Source of the DNA: Candidatus Latescibacterota bacterium
GTDB taxonomy: Bacteria > Latescibacterota > UBA2968
Reading direction: 5' to 3'
Assembly: GCA_965205975.1 (NCBI GenBank)
Contig: OZ242195.1
Span: forward strand, 4,384,001-4,448,000
DNA: 64,000 nt
Below the pieces are notes generated by a model. That model did not search any database. It saw nothing but the letters and a program-made list of their open reading frames with translations, and was not told where the DNA came from. Both the position numbers and the translations under genes were made by a program. Numbering within the stretch: the stretch's first letter is position 1; each line of letters opens with the position of its first letter. Below are positions 56,463 to 64,000 of the stretch, piece by piece.

Positions 56463-56494
56463 AACTATAGTACTGGTTAAAGTCTCAAGTCATC

Positions 56495-56690
56495 GGCACA
56501 GCGCGTGAGTCCGTCTCGCAGCGGTCATTGTTATTCCATTCCAACGGTGCAGGTCACAGCATGGTGTACTATCACGGAAACGATTTGCGCTGTGCCAGCC
56601 CCTCGGCGTTTGAGAGCGGCATTTTTTGCCTACTTTTCTTCAGATGCTCATTCGCGTCTTCTCTGGTGACAAAAAGTAGGTCGCCGAAGG
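56495..56690. other. structured intergenic element (two nested long hairpins)
   Basis: GGCACAGCGC/GCGCTGTGCC with inner TCCGT/ACGGA; then TCGGCG/CGCCGA with inner CCTACTTTT/AAAAGTAGG. Confidence 0.5.
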
Positions 56691-56780
56691 CATGAAAAGA
56701 AAAATTTTAAAAAACTTTATAGGTCGTTTCACCACAACAAATGAATTATACACTCCCCCCATTTAATCACGGAGGCTTTC

Positions 56781-57818
56781 ATGAGCGATCTCAATGTCGG
56801 CATTGTTGGACTCGGCTGGGTAGCTGGGGCGCATATCGATACTTTTAAGGCGGTCAACGGTGCAAATGTTACGGCGATATGTTCTCGTCGGGATCACAAC
56901 GAAGATGATCTTGCAGCAGAATATGGCACGCCTTTGAAGGCGTATAAAAATTACGATGAGATGATCGCAGATCCCGATATTCATATTATCGATATTTGCA
57001 CGCCGCACAAATTTCACGCGGACCAGGCGGTTGCGGCTGCCGAGGCGGGCAAACACTTGCTTATCGAAAAGCCTATATGTCTGTCTTATGAGGATCTCAA
57101 ACGGGTGCGCGATGCGATTGTAGCAGCCGGGGTGCAATCCTGTGTGTGTTTTGAGTGTCGCTTTAGCGCGCACTTTTCTATGATCCGCTCGATTATTGAC
57201 GAGGGGTTGCTCGGCGAGTTGCACTATGGCGAGGTTGATTACTACCACGGCATTGGTCCCTGGTATGGTCAATTTGAATGGAATGTGAAGAAGGATTTTG
57301 CCGGGTCGAGTTTGCTCACTGCGGGATGTCACGCTCTGGATGCGTGTCTGTTTTTTATGGATGGCAATGTGGAGGAAGTGACGAGTCTGGCTACGAGATC
57401 GAGGTCCGATATTTTTGAACCTTATGAATACGATACGACCACGGTTTCTCTTCTCAAATTTGCCAATGGCAATGCGGCAAAGGTGACTTCGTGTGTCGAT
57501 TGCTTGCAGCCCTATTATTTTCACATTCACCTCGTTGGGTCCGAAGGTAGCTTGCTGGATAATCGGATCTATTCCCACAAGTTGCACGGCATGAGCAAAG
57601 AGAGGTGGAGTACGCTGGAGACGTCGCTGATTGACTCTGGGGATGTGGCAGATCATCCCTATGAGCCGCAGTTCCAGGCGTTTGTGGATGGTATCAATGC
57701 GAATGAGCCGATGCCGCGCACGAATTTTGATATTGCTTTTGAGACCCACCGCGTCAATTTTGCCGCCGATCTTTCGGCGTCGGAGGGACGCACGGTCCAG
57801 CTTTCGGAATTTGACTGA
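56781..57818 (+). CDS. Gfo/Idh/MocA family oxidoreductase
   Basis: [32 protein letters not shown]. Confidence 0.92.
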   Translation: MSDLNVGIVGLGWVAGAHIDTFKAVNGANVTAICSRRDHNEDDLAAEYGTPLKAYKNYDEMIADPDIHIIDICTPHKFHADQAVAAAEAGKHLLIEKPICLSYEDLKRVRDAIVAAGVQSCVCFECRFSAHFSMIRSIIDEGLLGELHYGEVDYYHGIGPWYGQFEWNVKKDFAGSSLLTAGCHALDACLFFMDGNVEEVTSLATRSRSDIFEPYEYDTTTVSLLKFANGNAAKVTSCVDCLQPYYFHIHLVGSEGSLLDNRIYSHKLHGMSKERWSTLETSLIDSGDVADHPYEPQFQAFVDGINANEPMPRTNFDIAFETHRVNFAADLSASEGRTVQLSEFD

Positions 57819-57838
57819 TGAGATGATGAGGATCGCAG

Positions 57839-57874
57839 AAACCCACTCGCGAGGATAGCGGGTGGGTTTTTTTT
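57839..57874 (+). terminator. intrinsic terminator between convergent genes
   Basis: AAACCCACTCGC...GCGGGTGGGTTT plus T tract. Confidence 0.75.
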
Positions 57875-58643
57875 ATTTTTGCGAGAGATTAAAGAGCAGG
57901 ATGCCACTTGCGACTGCAATGTTGAGCGATTCGACCGGGGCGGCCATGGGTATGGTGACGGTGTGGTGGGATAGGGCGAGGAGGGCGGGGTCGATGCCAA
58001 AGGCTTCGTTGCCGAGGAGGAGGGCAACGGGTTTTTGGGGTTGGAGTTTGTGGAAGGAGATGCCGCTGGTGTGTGCTGCGATGATCTGGATGTTGCGCTG
58101 GCGGAGTTGGTGTAACAGGGCGGGTCCGTCCTGGAGGGGGAAGACGGGCATGCGAAAGATGGCACCCATGGTGGCGCGCACGACTTTGGGGTTATAGACT
58201 TCTACCGATCCGCGGGTGAGAAAGATGCCTTTGCATCCGGCTGCTTCGGCTGTTCGCATGATGACGCCCAGATTGCCGGGGTCAGAGATGCGGTCGAGGA
58301 TGAGGAATGGGCCATTGGTGTTGAGGACGGTTTTGCGATCATAGGTCGGCATTGATACCACGCCGAGTACGCCTTGCGGTGTGTCTGTGTCTGACATGTG
58401 TTTGAAGGCGCGCCAGTCGGTTTGCTGGATGGGGATGCGTTGTGCGAGAGCCGCCTGATAGAGGTTTTCGAGGCGCGTGTTGCGGGCGATGCTTTCGCGG
58501 CAGAAGATGAGTTGTTCGAGGGTGTCACTGCTTTTGAGTGCTTCTTCGCAGAGGCGAATGCCCTCTATGAGGTATTTTTGTTCTGCCTGACGCATTTTAC
58601 GGCGTTTCAGGTTCAGGATTTTTTTGGCGTTTTTGATGGCCAT
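57873..58643 (-). CDS. TrmH/SpoU family RNA methyltransferase
   Basis: DPGNLGVIMRTAEAAG, KVVRATMGA, LGNEAFG, ESLNIAVA. Confidence 0.92.
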   Translation of the reverse strand: MAIKNAKKILNLKRRKMRQAEQKYLIEGIRLCEEALKSSDTLEQLIFCRESIARNTRLENLYQAALAQRIPIQQTDWRAFKHMSDTDTPQGVLGVVSMPTYDRKTVLNTNGPFLILDRISDPGNLGVIMRTAEAAGCKGIFLTRGSVEVYNPKVVRATMGAIFRMPVFPLQDGPALLHQLRQRNIQIIAAHTSGISFHKLQPQKPVALLLGNEAFGIDPALLALSHHTVTIPMAAPVESLNIAVASGILLFNLSQK

Positions 58644-58647
58644 GGGG

Positions 58648-58797
58648 CTATGGGGTGTTGTCTTTGTTGATGGTGGCGCGCAGTTCGCGCAGTTCTTCCC
58701 AGATTGCTTTTTCGCGTTTGGATAGGCTCAAGAAGTAGAACAGAATGGCGACCCATATTATGATGTACGCCGCGGCCATGTATTCGAGGTGTTGCAT
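58648..58797 (-). CDS. ccmD: CcmD family heme exporter protein
   Basis: MQHLEYMAAAYIIIWVAILFYFLSLSKREKAIWEELRELR (49 aa; TM helix then charged helix); GGAGGA RBS; downstream of ccmC; too short for the ORF track. Confidence 0.8.
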   Translation of the reverse strand: MQHLEYMAAAYIIIWVAILFYFLSLSKREKAIWEELRELRATINKDNTP

Positions 58798-58854
58798 AAG
58801 TTCCTCCATTGTGTGTTTTGCCCAGTTACTCTGAGCAAAGTATAGAAGTCCTCT

Positions 58855-58887
58855 GTCATTGCGGCATGGTGTTGAGCCGCAATCCAG
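58855..58887 (+). repeat. GTCA...TCCAG palindromic element
   Basis: GTCATTGCGGCATGGTGTTGAGCCGCAATCCAG. Confidence 0.75.
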
Positions 58888-58894
58888 TTTGTTT

Positions 58895-59578
58895 TCAATC
58901 CCGAATTTCAGCTTTGAGCGATTCGAGTTCGTCCCGCGCTTTTGCGAGTGATACGCGCTTGAAGAGCAGGGCGAAAAAGAGCGCGAAGAAGGTGATGACG
59001 CAAAAGAAAAAAGCGATTTTCATGTCGGGCGGCAGGCTGATTTCTTCGCCGCGTACCACTTCGGGGTGGTGTGTGCGCCACAGTTTGGTGGCGTAGTGGA
59101 TGAAGGGTACGTTGAGGAAGCCGATTATGCCGAGGACTGCGCGAAAGCGCGCACTTTGAACCGGATCTTCGAGGTAGGCGCGCAACATGTGATACGCCGC
59201 GAGAATGAGCCAGAGTATGAGTGTGAGTGTGAGTTGCGCATCCCAGACCCACCACGCGCCCCAGATGGGTTTTGCCCAGATCGTACCTGTGATTAAGACC
59301 AGGGTGCCAAAGAGCAGGCTCACTTCGGCTGAACACGCTGCCCACAGGTCACAGTTTTTGTCGCGTTTCCAGAGATAGAAGACGCTAAAGACGAAGCAGA
59401 GAAAGCTGCCCAGGAACATCGAGAAAGCAGATGGGACGTGGTAGTAGAAAATTTTTTGTGCCAGTCCCATTTCTTTTTCTATTCCGGCGTAAACGAATAC
59501 CAGATAGGGCGCGATAGATAGGCAGATGAGTGCGAGGATGCCGAAGACATAAGGAAGGATGTAGGGTTTTTGGGGCAT
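58895..59578 (-). CDS. ccmC: heme exporter / cytochrome c biogenesis protein CcmC
   Basis: QKIFYYHVP, TGTIWAKPIWGAWWVWD tryptophan-rich motif, WRTHHP. Confidence 0.92.
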   Translation of the reverse strand: MPQKPYILPYVFGILALICLSIAPYLVFVYAGIEKEMGLAQKIFYYHVPSAFSMFLGSFLCFVFSVFYLWKRDKNCDLWAACSAEVSLLFGTLVLITGTIWAKPIWGAWWVWDAQLTLTLILWLILAAYHMLRAYLEDPVQSARFRAVLGIIGFLNVPFIHYATKLWRTHHPEVVRGEEISLPPDMKIAFFFCVITFFALFFALLFKRVSLAKARDELESLKAEIRD

Positions 59579-59580
59579 TG

Positions 59581-60252
59581 TCAATCCTCCAGGACATATT
59601 CGAATAAGAGCAGGCAGGCAGCGATATAGAGCGCGACAAAAGCACTGCTGAGTACGAGCCAGTCTGTGATTTCACTGCCTTCGAGAACTGCGCGAAAGGA
59701 TTCGATGGCCGCGAGAAGTGCCGGGATGAATATGGGCAGTGTGAGCAGGGGCAAGAAGGCTTCTCGCAATCGGGTGTTGAGCGACATGGCGGAGAAGAGG
59801 GTGCCAATGGTTGCAAGGCCGAGGGTGCCCAGCAAGATGGGCAGGATTAGACGCGGGAGTGCCTGTGCGAGTTCTACGTTAAGAAAGATGACGAGGATGG
59901 GCAAGATGAGCGCCTGGAGTATGAGCATGGTGAGGGTGTTGCCCAGCATTTTGCCAAGGAAGATCGCTCCCGGATCCGCGGGTGTGAGGCGCAGTCCCAT
60001 CAGGCAGTCGTTTTGTGTTTCGATGGCATAAGATCGGCTGAGGCCCAGTAGCCCTGCAAATGCTGTGGCGATCCAGAAGATGCCGGGGGCGACGGTTTTT
60101 ATGATTGGCGATCCGGGTTCATATATAAAATTGAAGATGATGACGATTAGCAATGCGAAGAAGGCCATGGCGCTGAGGCGTTCTCTGGTGCGCCATTCAG
60201 TTTTGAGATCTTTTTGGAGAATGGCGAGGGTTTGTGAGAAAAAAAGAGGCAT
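59581..60252 (-). CDS. ccmB: heme exporter protein CcmB
   Basis: KDLKTEWRTRE, IFLGK, LPLLTLPIFIP. Confidence 0.9.
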   Translation of the reverse strand: MPLFFSQTLAILQKDLKTEWRTRERLSAMAFFALLIVIIFNFIYEPGSPIIKTVAPGIFWIATAFAGLLGLSRSYAIETQNDCLMGLRLTPADPGAIFLGKMLGNTLTMLILQALILPILVIFLNVELAQALPRLILPILLGTLGLATIGTLFSAMSLNTRLREAFLPLLTLPIFIPALLAAIESFRAVLEGSEITDWLVLSSAFVALYIAACLLLFEYVLED

Positions 60253-60254
60253 TT

Positions 60255-60965
60255 TCAAAGGGTGGTTTTGGTTTCGTAGAGGGTTTGCAATTCGGTTTCA
60301 CTGATGTCTTTTGTCGATGCTTCGTGTACTAATTGGCCCTGGAAGAGGATGCCAAAGCGGTCTGCGAGTGCGAGGCCCCGCGCGAGGTCGTGTGTTACCA
60401 GGAAGATGGTGCGTCCTTCTGCTTTGAGGGTGGCGATCATGTTGGCTAATATTGACTGAGCCGATGTGTCGAGACCGGTGAAGGGTTCGTCGAGCAAGAG
60501 GGTCGATGGGTGGTGCAAGATGGCCCGGGCTATGGCCAGTCGCTGTTTCATGCCCCGGGAGAATTTTTGTATCCGGTCGCGCTGGCGATCTTTCAGACCA
60601 ACGGCGAGGAGGACTTCTTCAATGCGGGTATTGAGATTTTGGAGGCCGTACATGCGTCCGTAGAATGCGAGGTTTTCTCGCGCTGTGAGGTCGTCGTAGA
60701 GCATGGTTTGATGCGAGATGAAGCCGATGTTTTTGCGTATTTCATGCGGATTGCGTCGGGTGTCTATACCGCTGACCCAGATGTCGCCAGATGACGGTTT
60801 TGATAGTGTGGCGATGAGGCGCAACAGGGTTGTTTTGCCCGCTCCGTTTGGGCCAAAGAGTGCAAAAATACATCCCGTTGGTACGGTGAGGTTTATGTCT
60901 TGCAGGGCCGTGATATGACCAAAACGGCGGGTTGTATTCTGTATGATGATGGCCGATGTGTTCAT
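60255..60965 (-). CDS. ccmA: heme ABC exporter ATP-binding protein CcmA
   Basis: GPNGAGKTT, FSRGMKQRL, LLDEPFTGLD; upstream of ccmB. Confidence 0.88.
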   Translation of the reverse strand: MNTSAIIIQNTTRRFGHITALQDINLTVPTGCIFALFGPNGAGKTTLLRLIATLSKPSSGDIWVSGIDTRRNPHEIRKNIGFISHQTMLYDDLTARENLAFYGRMYGLQNLNTRIEEVLLAVGLKDRQRDRIQKFSRGMKQRLAIARAILHHPSTLLLDEPFTGLDTSAQSILANMIATLKAEGRTIFLVTHDLARGLALADRFGILFQGQLVHEASTKDISETELQTLYETKTTL

Positions 60966-61996
60966 TAGTTGCTATCTGATAGATCAATGACTTCGGCTTT
61001 GAGGGCATTGCGCCTGTTTTTGTAATCGGGTTCTGAGAGTTCGCCGTTTTCATATCGCTCGTCGAGATCGGCGATTTGTTCGAGTAGTATTGTGCGCCGA
61101 TTGGGCGTTGTTTTGAGCGTGCGCATGTACAGGACGAGGATTGCGAGTGCGACCACACTGGCTGCGGCGATCCATATTGGGGTTTGTAGATTGGATGCGA
61201 TTTCGGTTGATGAGAGTTTGATGTCGATTTGTGTGCCGGGCGCGAGTTGTTCGGCGCCAAAGCGCTGAAAGACATGATCGCCCAGGGTTATGCCGCCGAG
61301 GTCTCGAAGTACTGTTGTGGAGATGGGGGTATCAGCGGGTTGGACGAACAAGTCCATGCCTGCGGTGGGATAGGTGATGCGTTGTGCGATGCGGTTGGAC
61401 GGGGGTATGGCAAATGTGAAGAAGGTCTGGCTATTTCCGGGGATGATGGGGCGCGGATCTACGAGCAATGTGCCGTGCAGGTGTACGCCTTGCGGTGCGC
61501 GGATAAAGTCGGTTACGCCGTCGGGCAGGGGTATTTCCAGGCCGTGACCGTGGTCGCCGCCCGTGAGGTAGGTGCGGTCACCGTGGTTGTGGACGATGAA
61601 AATGTATGTGACTGTGCCAGCCTGGGCGTCGAGGAGGATGTGGTGTGAAGATAGGGATATGGCGGTGTCGGATTCCGTGGTTTCAAATACGGGAATGTCA
61701 ACGGTGTCGCCCGCGGGTGCCGGATTGCCGGGATAGTCTATGCCGTTGTATCGGGCGAATAGCATGGGCGGTGGTTCAGCACCCGGGTCTGAGGGCACGT
61801 CGAGGATGAATTGGCCTTTGCTGTCGGTGGTGTCGCGCACTACGGTGACGTCTCCAGTCTCATGGAGGATGTACGAGACTTCGACATCGGGTTCGGGACG
61901 GTTGAGGGTCTGGTTGATGACATGCCCCTTGAGCGCGAAGATAGGGGTGGAGATAAGTAGTGTGAGGAATGCAATGAGGGATATAAATGGTTGCAT
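60965..61996 (-). CDS. ccm-cluster-associated membrane-anchored periplasmic protein
   Basis: Signal peptide, beta-sandwich (TTDSKGQF), C-terminal TM helix and LLEQIADLDERYENGELSEPDY (SHOCT/CcmI-like). Confidence 0.65.
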   Translation of the reverse strand: MQPFISLIAFLTLLISTPIFALKGHVINQTLNRPEPDVEVSYILHETGDVTVVRDTTDSKGQFILDVPSDPGAEPPPMLFARYNGIDYPGNPAPAGDTVDIPVFETTESDTAISLSSHHILLDAQAGTVTYIFIVHNHGDRTYLTGGDHGHGLEIPLPDGVTDFIRAPQGVHLHGTLLVDPRPIIPGNSQTFFTFAIPPSNRIAQRITYPTAGMDLFVQPADTPISTTVLRDLGGITLGDHVFQRFGAEQLAPGTQIDIKLSSTEIASNLQTPIWIAAASVVALAILVLYMRTLKTTPNRRTILLEQIADLDERYENGELSEPDYKNRRNALKAEVIDLSDSN

Positions 61997-62015
61997 TTTG
62001 TTCTCGCGTTTCCAG

Positions 62016-62285
62016 TCACGCATCTAACATGCGCTGAAATGCCTCGAGATTGGGCACCTGTATCGCCGCACGGTGCAACTGCTTGAGGCGTTGCAAATCG
62101 TCTATGGCGGCAATGCGAGTGGATAGGGGGTGTGTCTCGGGCATATCAAATCGGATCTCCAACACATCGAGAAGATCTTCAATGGCACGTTGCCTGCCTC
62201 CCTGCTCAATACCTTGCTCAATACCTTCCTCTATGCCTTCTCGCTTAAAGTATTGAATAAGGGATGATTCGCGGATCAGATCCAT
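62016..62285 (-). pseudogene. C-terminal fragment of an Rpn/YhgA-like (PD-(D/E)XK) protein
   Basis: MDLIRESSLIQYFKREGIEEGIEQGIEQG...LEIRF...LKQLHRAAI; EGxE repeats, no nuclease domain. Confidence 0.65.
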
Positions 62286-62482
62286 GATGCCCTCCTTTAT
62301 TATGTCTTCAATATGCTGTATTGTGCCCTTTTTTACAACCTGAATTTGTGGTTCGCCCGTTTGGTGCAGAACAATATCGTGTACATTTTGAGCGATGAAT
62401 GGGCAGTTATGTGAAAGATATGTGTCGCTTGACCAAGTGGTGGTGGTTCTTGCGTAACGTCCCATAAATTCTGATAAACAAC

Positions 62483-62512
62483 AAAGGCTACGTCTTCCGA
62501 GGCGTAGCCTTT
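62483..62512. terminator. hairpin terminator after the ccmI-like gene
   Basis: AAAGGCTACGTC-TTCCGA-GGCGTAGCCTTT. Confidence 0.7.
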
Positions 62513-62555
62513 TCTCATTTCCTACTTCGGCACTATTTTATATGCTTCACGCCTT

Positions 62556-62936
62556 TCATCCGCTGCGTTTTTTTCGGGTGCGGCGAATGGCGGCGATTTC
62601 ACTTTCTATCTGGTCGGAGATTCCCTGCGGTTTGGGCGTGGGACGGTCTGCCTGGCTGGAGGCTTTGTCGAGGGATTTGATGAGTTCTACGGCCTGTGCT
62701 GTATAGCGGGCGCGGGTTTGCCGGTAGTCGTCTTCTTCGACTTTTCCCATGCGATGGTCAAAGTCGAGTTCGCGGATGGCTTCATAGACCATGTCGCGCT
62801 GTTCAATCAGTTCGCGGCGTCGCGCTTCTCTGCGGGAGATCTGGCTGATGGTGCTGGTATCGCGGGGGTCAAATAGGGGTGTGAATATGAAGATCAGAAC
62901 GCCCGCTGCGATGAGGATAAAAGCGGCAATGATCAT
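62556..62936 (-). CDS. CcmI-like c-type cytochrome biogenesis protein
   Basis: N-terminal TM helix; YEAIRELDFDHRMGKVEEDDY. Confidence 0.7.
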   Translation of the reverse strand: MIIAAFILIAAGVLIFIFTPLFDPRDTSTISQISRREARRRELIEQRDMVYEAIRELDFDHRMGKVEEDDYRQTRARYTAQAVELIKSLDKASSQADRPTPKPQGISDQIESEIAAIRRTRKKRSG

Positions 62937-63394
62937 TACTCTCGCTCCTTGAGGTCGCTTTCGAGGCGATCGAGGTACGGGTCATCGCGCGCGGGTTGTG
63001 CGGCTGGTGTGGCGGGACTTTTTGTTTTTGACCAGGCGCGCAGTACGCTGCGTACTGCGAAGAATCCGATGAGGAGAACGAGGGGTGGCATAAGCCATGC
63101 CGTGAGGTTGAAGCCTTTGGCTGGCGGTTTGGAGAGGATTTCCAGGCCAAATTCGCTGATATAAGCATCGACAATGGCCTGCGGCGTTTGACCGTCGGCC
63201 AGCATTTTTTTGATGCGTTCGTGCTGTTGTTGTGCATATCCGCAGATGCATTCGTCCAGTGGTCTGCGCGGGCAGTCGCCGCACAGGCAGGCGAGTTCTT
63301 TGCCGACTTCTTTGATCTGTTCCCGGGTCACTTCGGCGTGGGTGGGGATTGCGGAGAGGAAAAAGAATATTGGGATCAGGATTGCGGGCTTCAT
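62936..63394 (-). CDS. ccmH: cytochrome c biogenesis protein CcmH
   Basis: Signal peptide, LACLCGDC...ECIC, FG..IL..PP..GFNLTAW.MP. Confidence 0.85.
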   Translation of the reverse strand: MKPAILIPIFFFLSAIPTHAEVTREQIKEVGKELACLCGDCPRRPLDECICGYAQQQHERIKKMLADGQTPQAIVDAYISEFGLEILSKPPAKGFNLTAWLMPPLVLLIGFFAVRSVLRAWSKTKSPATPAAQPARDDPYLDRLESDLKERE

Positions 63395-64000
63395 GCCATC
63401 GCCTCCCGCATTTGCAATGCCTGTTTTTCGCGCTTGTCGGGCCACATGACGACGATGGTGCCGATTGTGATTATCCACGCGCCTATCCAGACCCACATGA
63501 CGAGGGGGTTGATGTACAGGTGAAAGAGGGCGACTTCTTCGCCGTCTCGCATGTCAACGCCCTGGTAGAGTGCGTAGAGGTCTTCTCGCAAGTTGGATCG
63601 AATGGCGACTTCTGTGGTGCTTTGTTGATCTTGTCGCTTGTAATAGACTTTCTGGTGGGGCCACATGGTGCCCAATCGCTGTCCGTGTTTATAGACGCCG
63701 AGTTGGGCGACGATGTCCGCGGTGAGTGGGTTGACGGATTCGGTAATGCCTTCATACGTGAGGGTGTAGGGTCCGATGTCGGTGGATTCCATGTATTTGA
63801 GTTCGACCTGGGAATCTTTGTTGAACGCATTGCCGGTGAATCCGATGAAGAGCAGGACCACGCCAAAGTGGATGATATAACCGCCGTATCGACGGCGATT
63901 TCGCCGGGTGAGATTGACGATGGCGCGGAGATAGGATTCGCCAGAACTGCTGCCGCGCGCCCGTGCGCCGCGGTGAAATTCGGTGATGATAGTGCCTGTG
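63391..64000 (-). CDS. ccmF: cytochrome c biogenesis heme lyase CcmF, C-terminal part (5' end outside window)
   Basis: RRYGGYIIHFG, TTEVAIRS..EDLY, NPLVMWVWIG. Confidence 0.92.
   Translation of the reverse strand, partial: TGTIITEFHRGARARGSSSGESYLRAIVNLTRRNRRRYGGYIIHFGVVLLFIGFTGNAFNKDSQVELKYMESTDIGPYTLTYEGITESVNPLTADIVAQLGVYKHGQRLGTMWPHQKVYYKRQDQQSTTEVAIRSNLREDLYALYQGVDMRDGEEVALFHLYINPLVMWVWIGAWIITIGTIVVMWPDKREKQALQMREAMA

Noticed and set aside
62361..62414. Plus-strand peptide NNIVYILSDEW resembling a sulfatase N-terminus
   Set aside because: Too short, no RBS or continuation; could be chance.

Overview
A gene-dense 64 kb bacterial chromosomal window of moderate GC with AT-richer islands. 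The gene content (dockerin/cohesin-tagged secreted protein, PhyH-type dioxygenase, many enolase-superfamily and sugar-acid enzymes, a DUF6785-like membrane protein, many toxin-antitoxin modules) resembles Latescibacterota/Gemmatimonadota-type marine or sponge-associated genomes; this taxonomy is inference only. Main blocks, left to right: (1) a defence island with a complete Zorya type II operon (zorA-zorB-zorE) overlapping a higBA pair; (2) uronate/pectin-type catabolic genes; (3) a frameshifted, apparently cytoplasmic beta-propeller/Y_Y_Y sigma-54 activator, followed by a complete sigma-54 promoter (palindromic candidate enhancers, IHF site, -24/-12) in front of a secreted vanadium-haloperoxidase-family protein with FN3, cohesin-like and dockerin-like domains; (4) urtA-porin-urtBCDE and a urease cluster (fused ureAB, ureC, ureF, His-rich ureG, ureD, no ureE) whose proteins look plant/fungal-like; (5) further sugar-acid genes, two lolC/E permeases, rsgA, a nucleoside hydrolase and an M32 carboxypeptidase; (6) a decayed TA cluster hiding a SelW/Rdx selenoprotein (CxxU plus SECIS-like hairpin) missing from the ORF track; (7) trmH and a cytochrome c maturation (ccm) cluster interrupted by an Rpn C-terminal fragment. 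Two families of REP-like palindromes recur. No rRNA, tRNA, CRISPR array or intact transposase was recognised. All family assignments come from motif recognition by eye; no searches were run.
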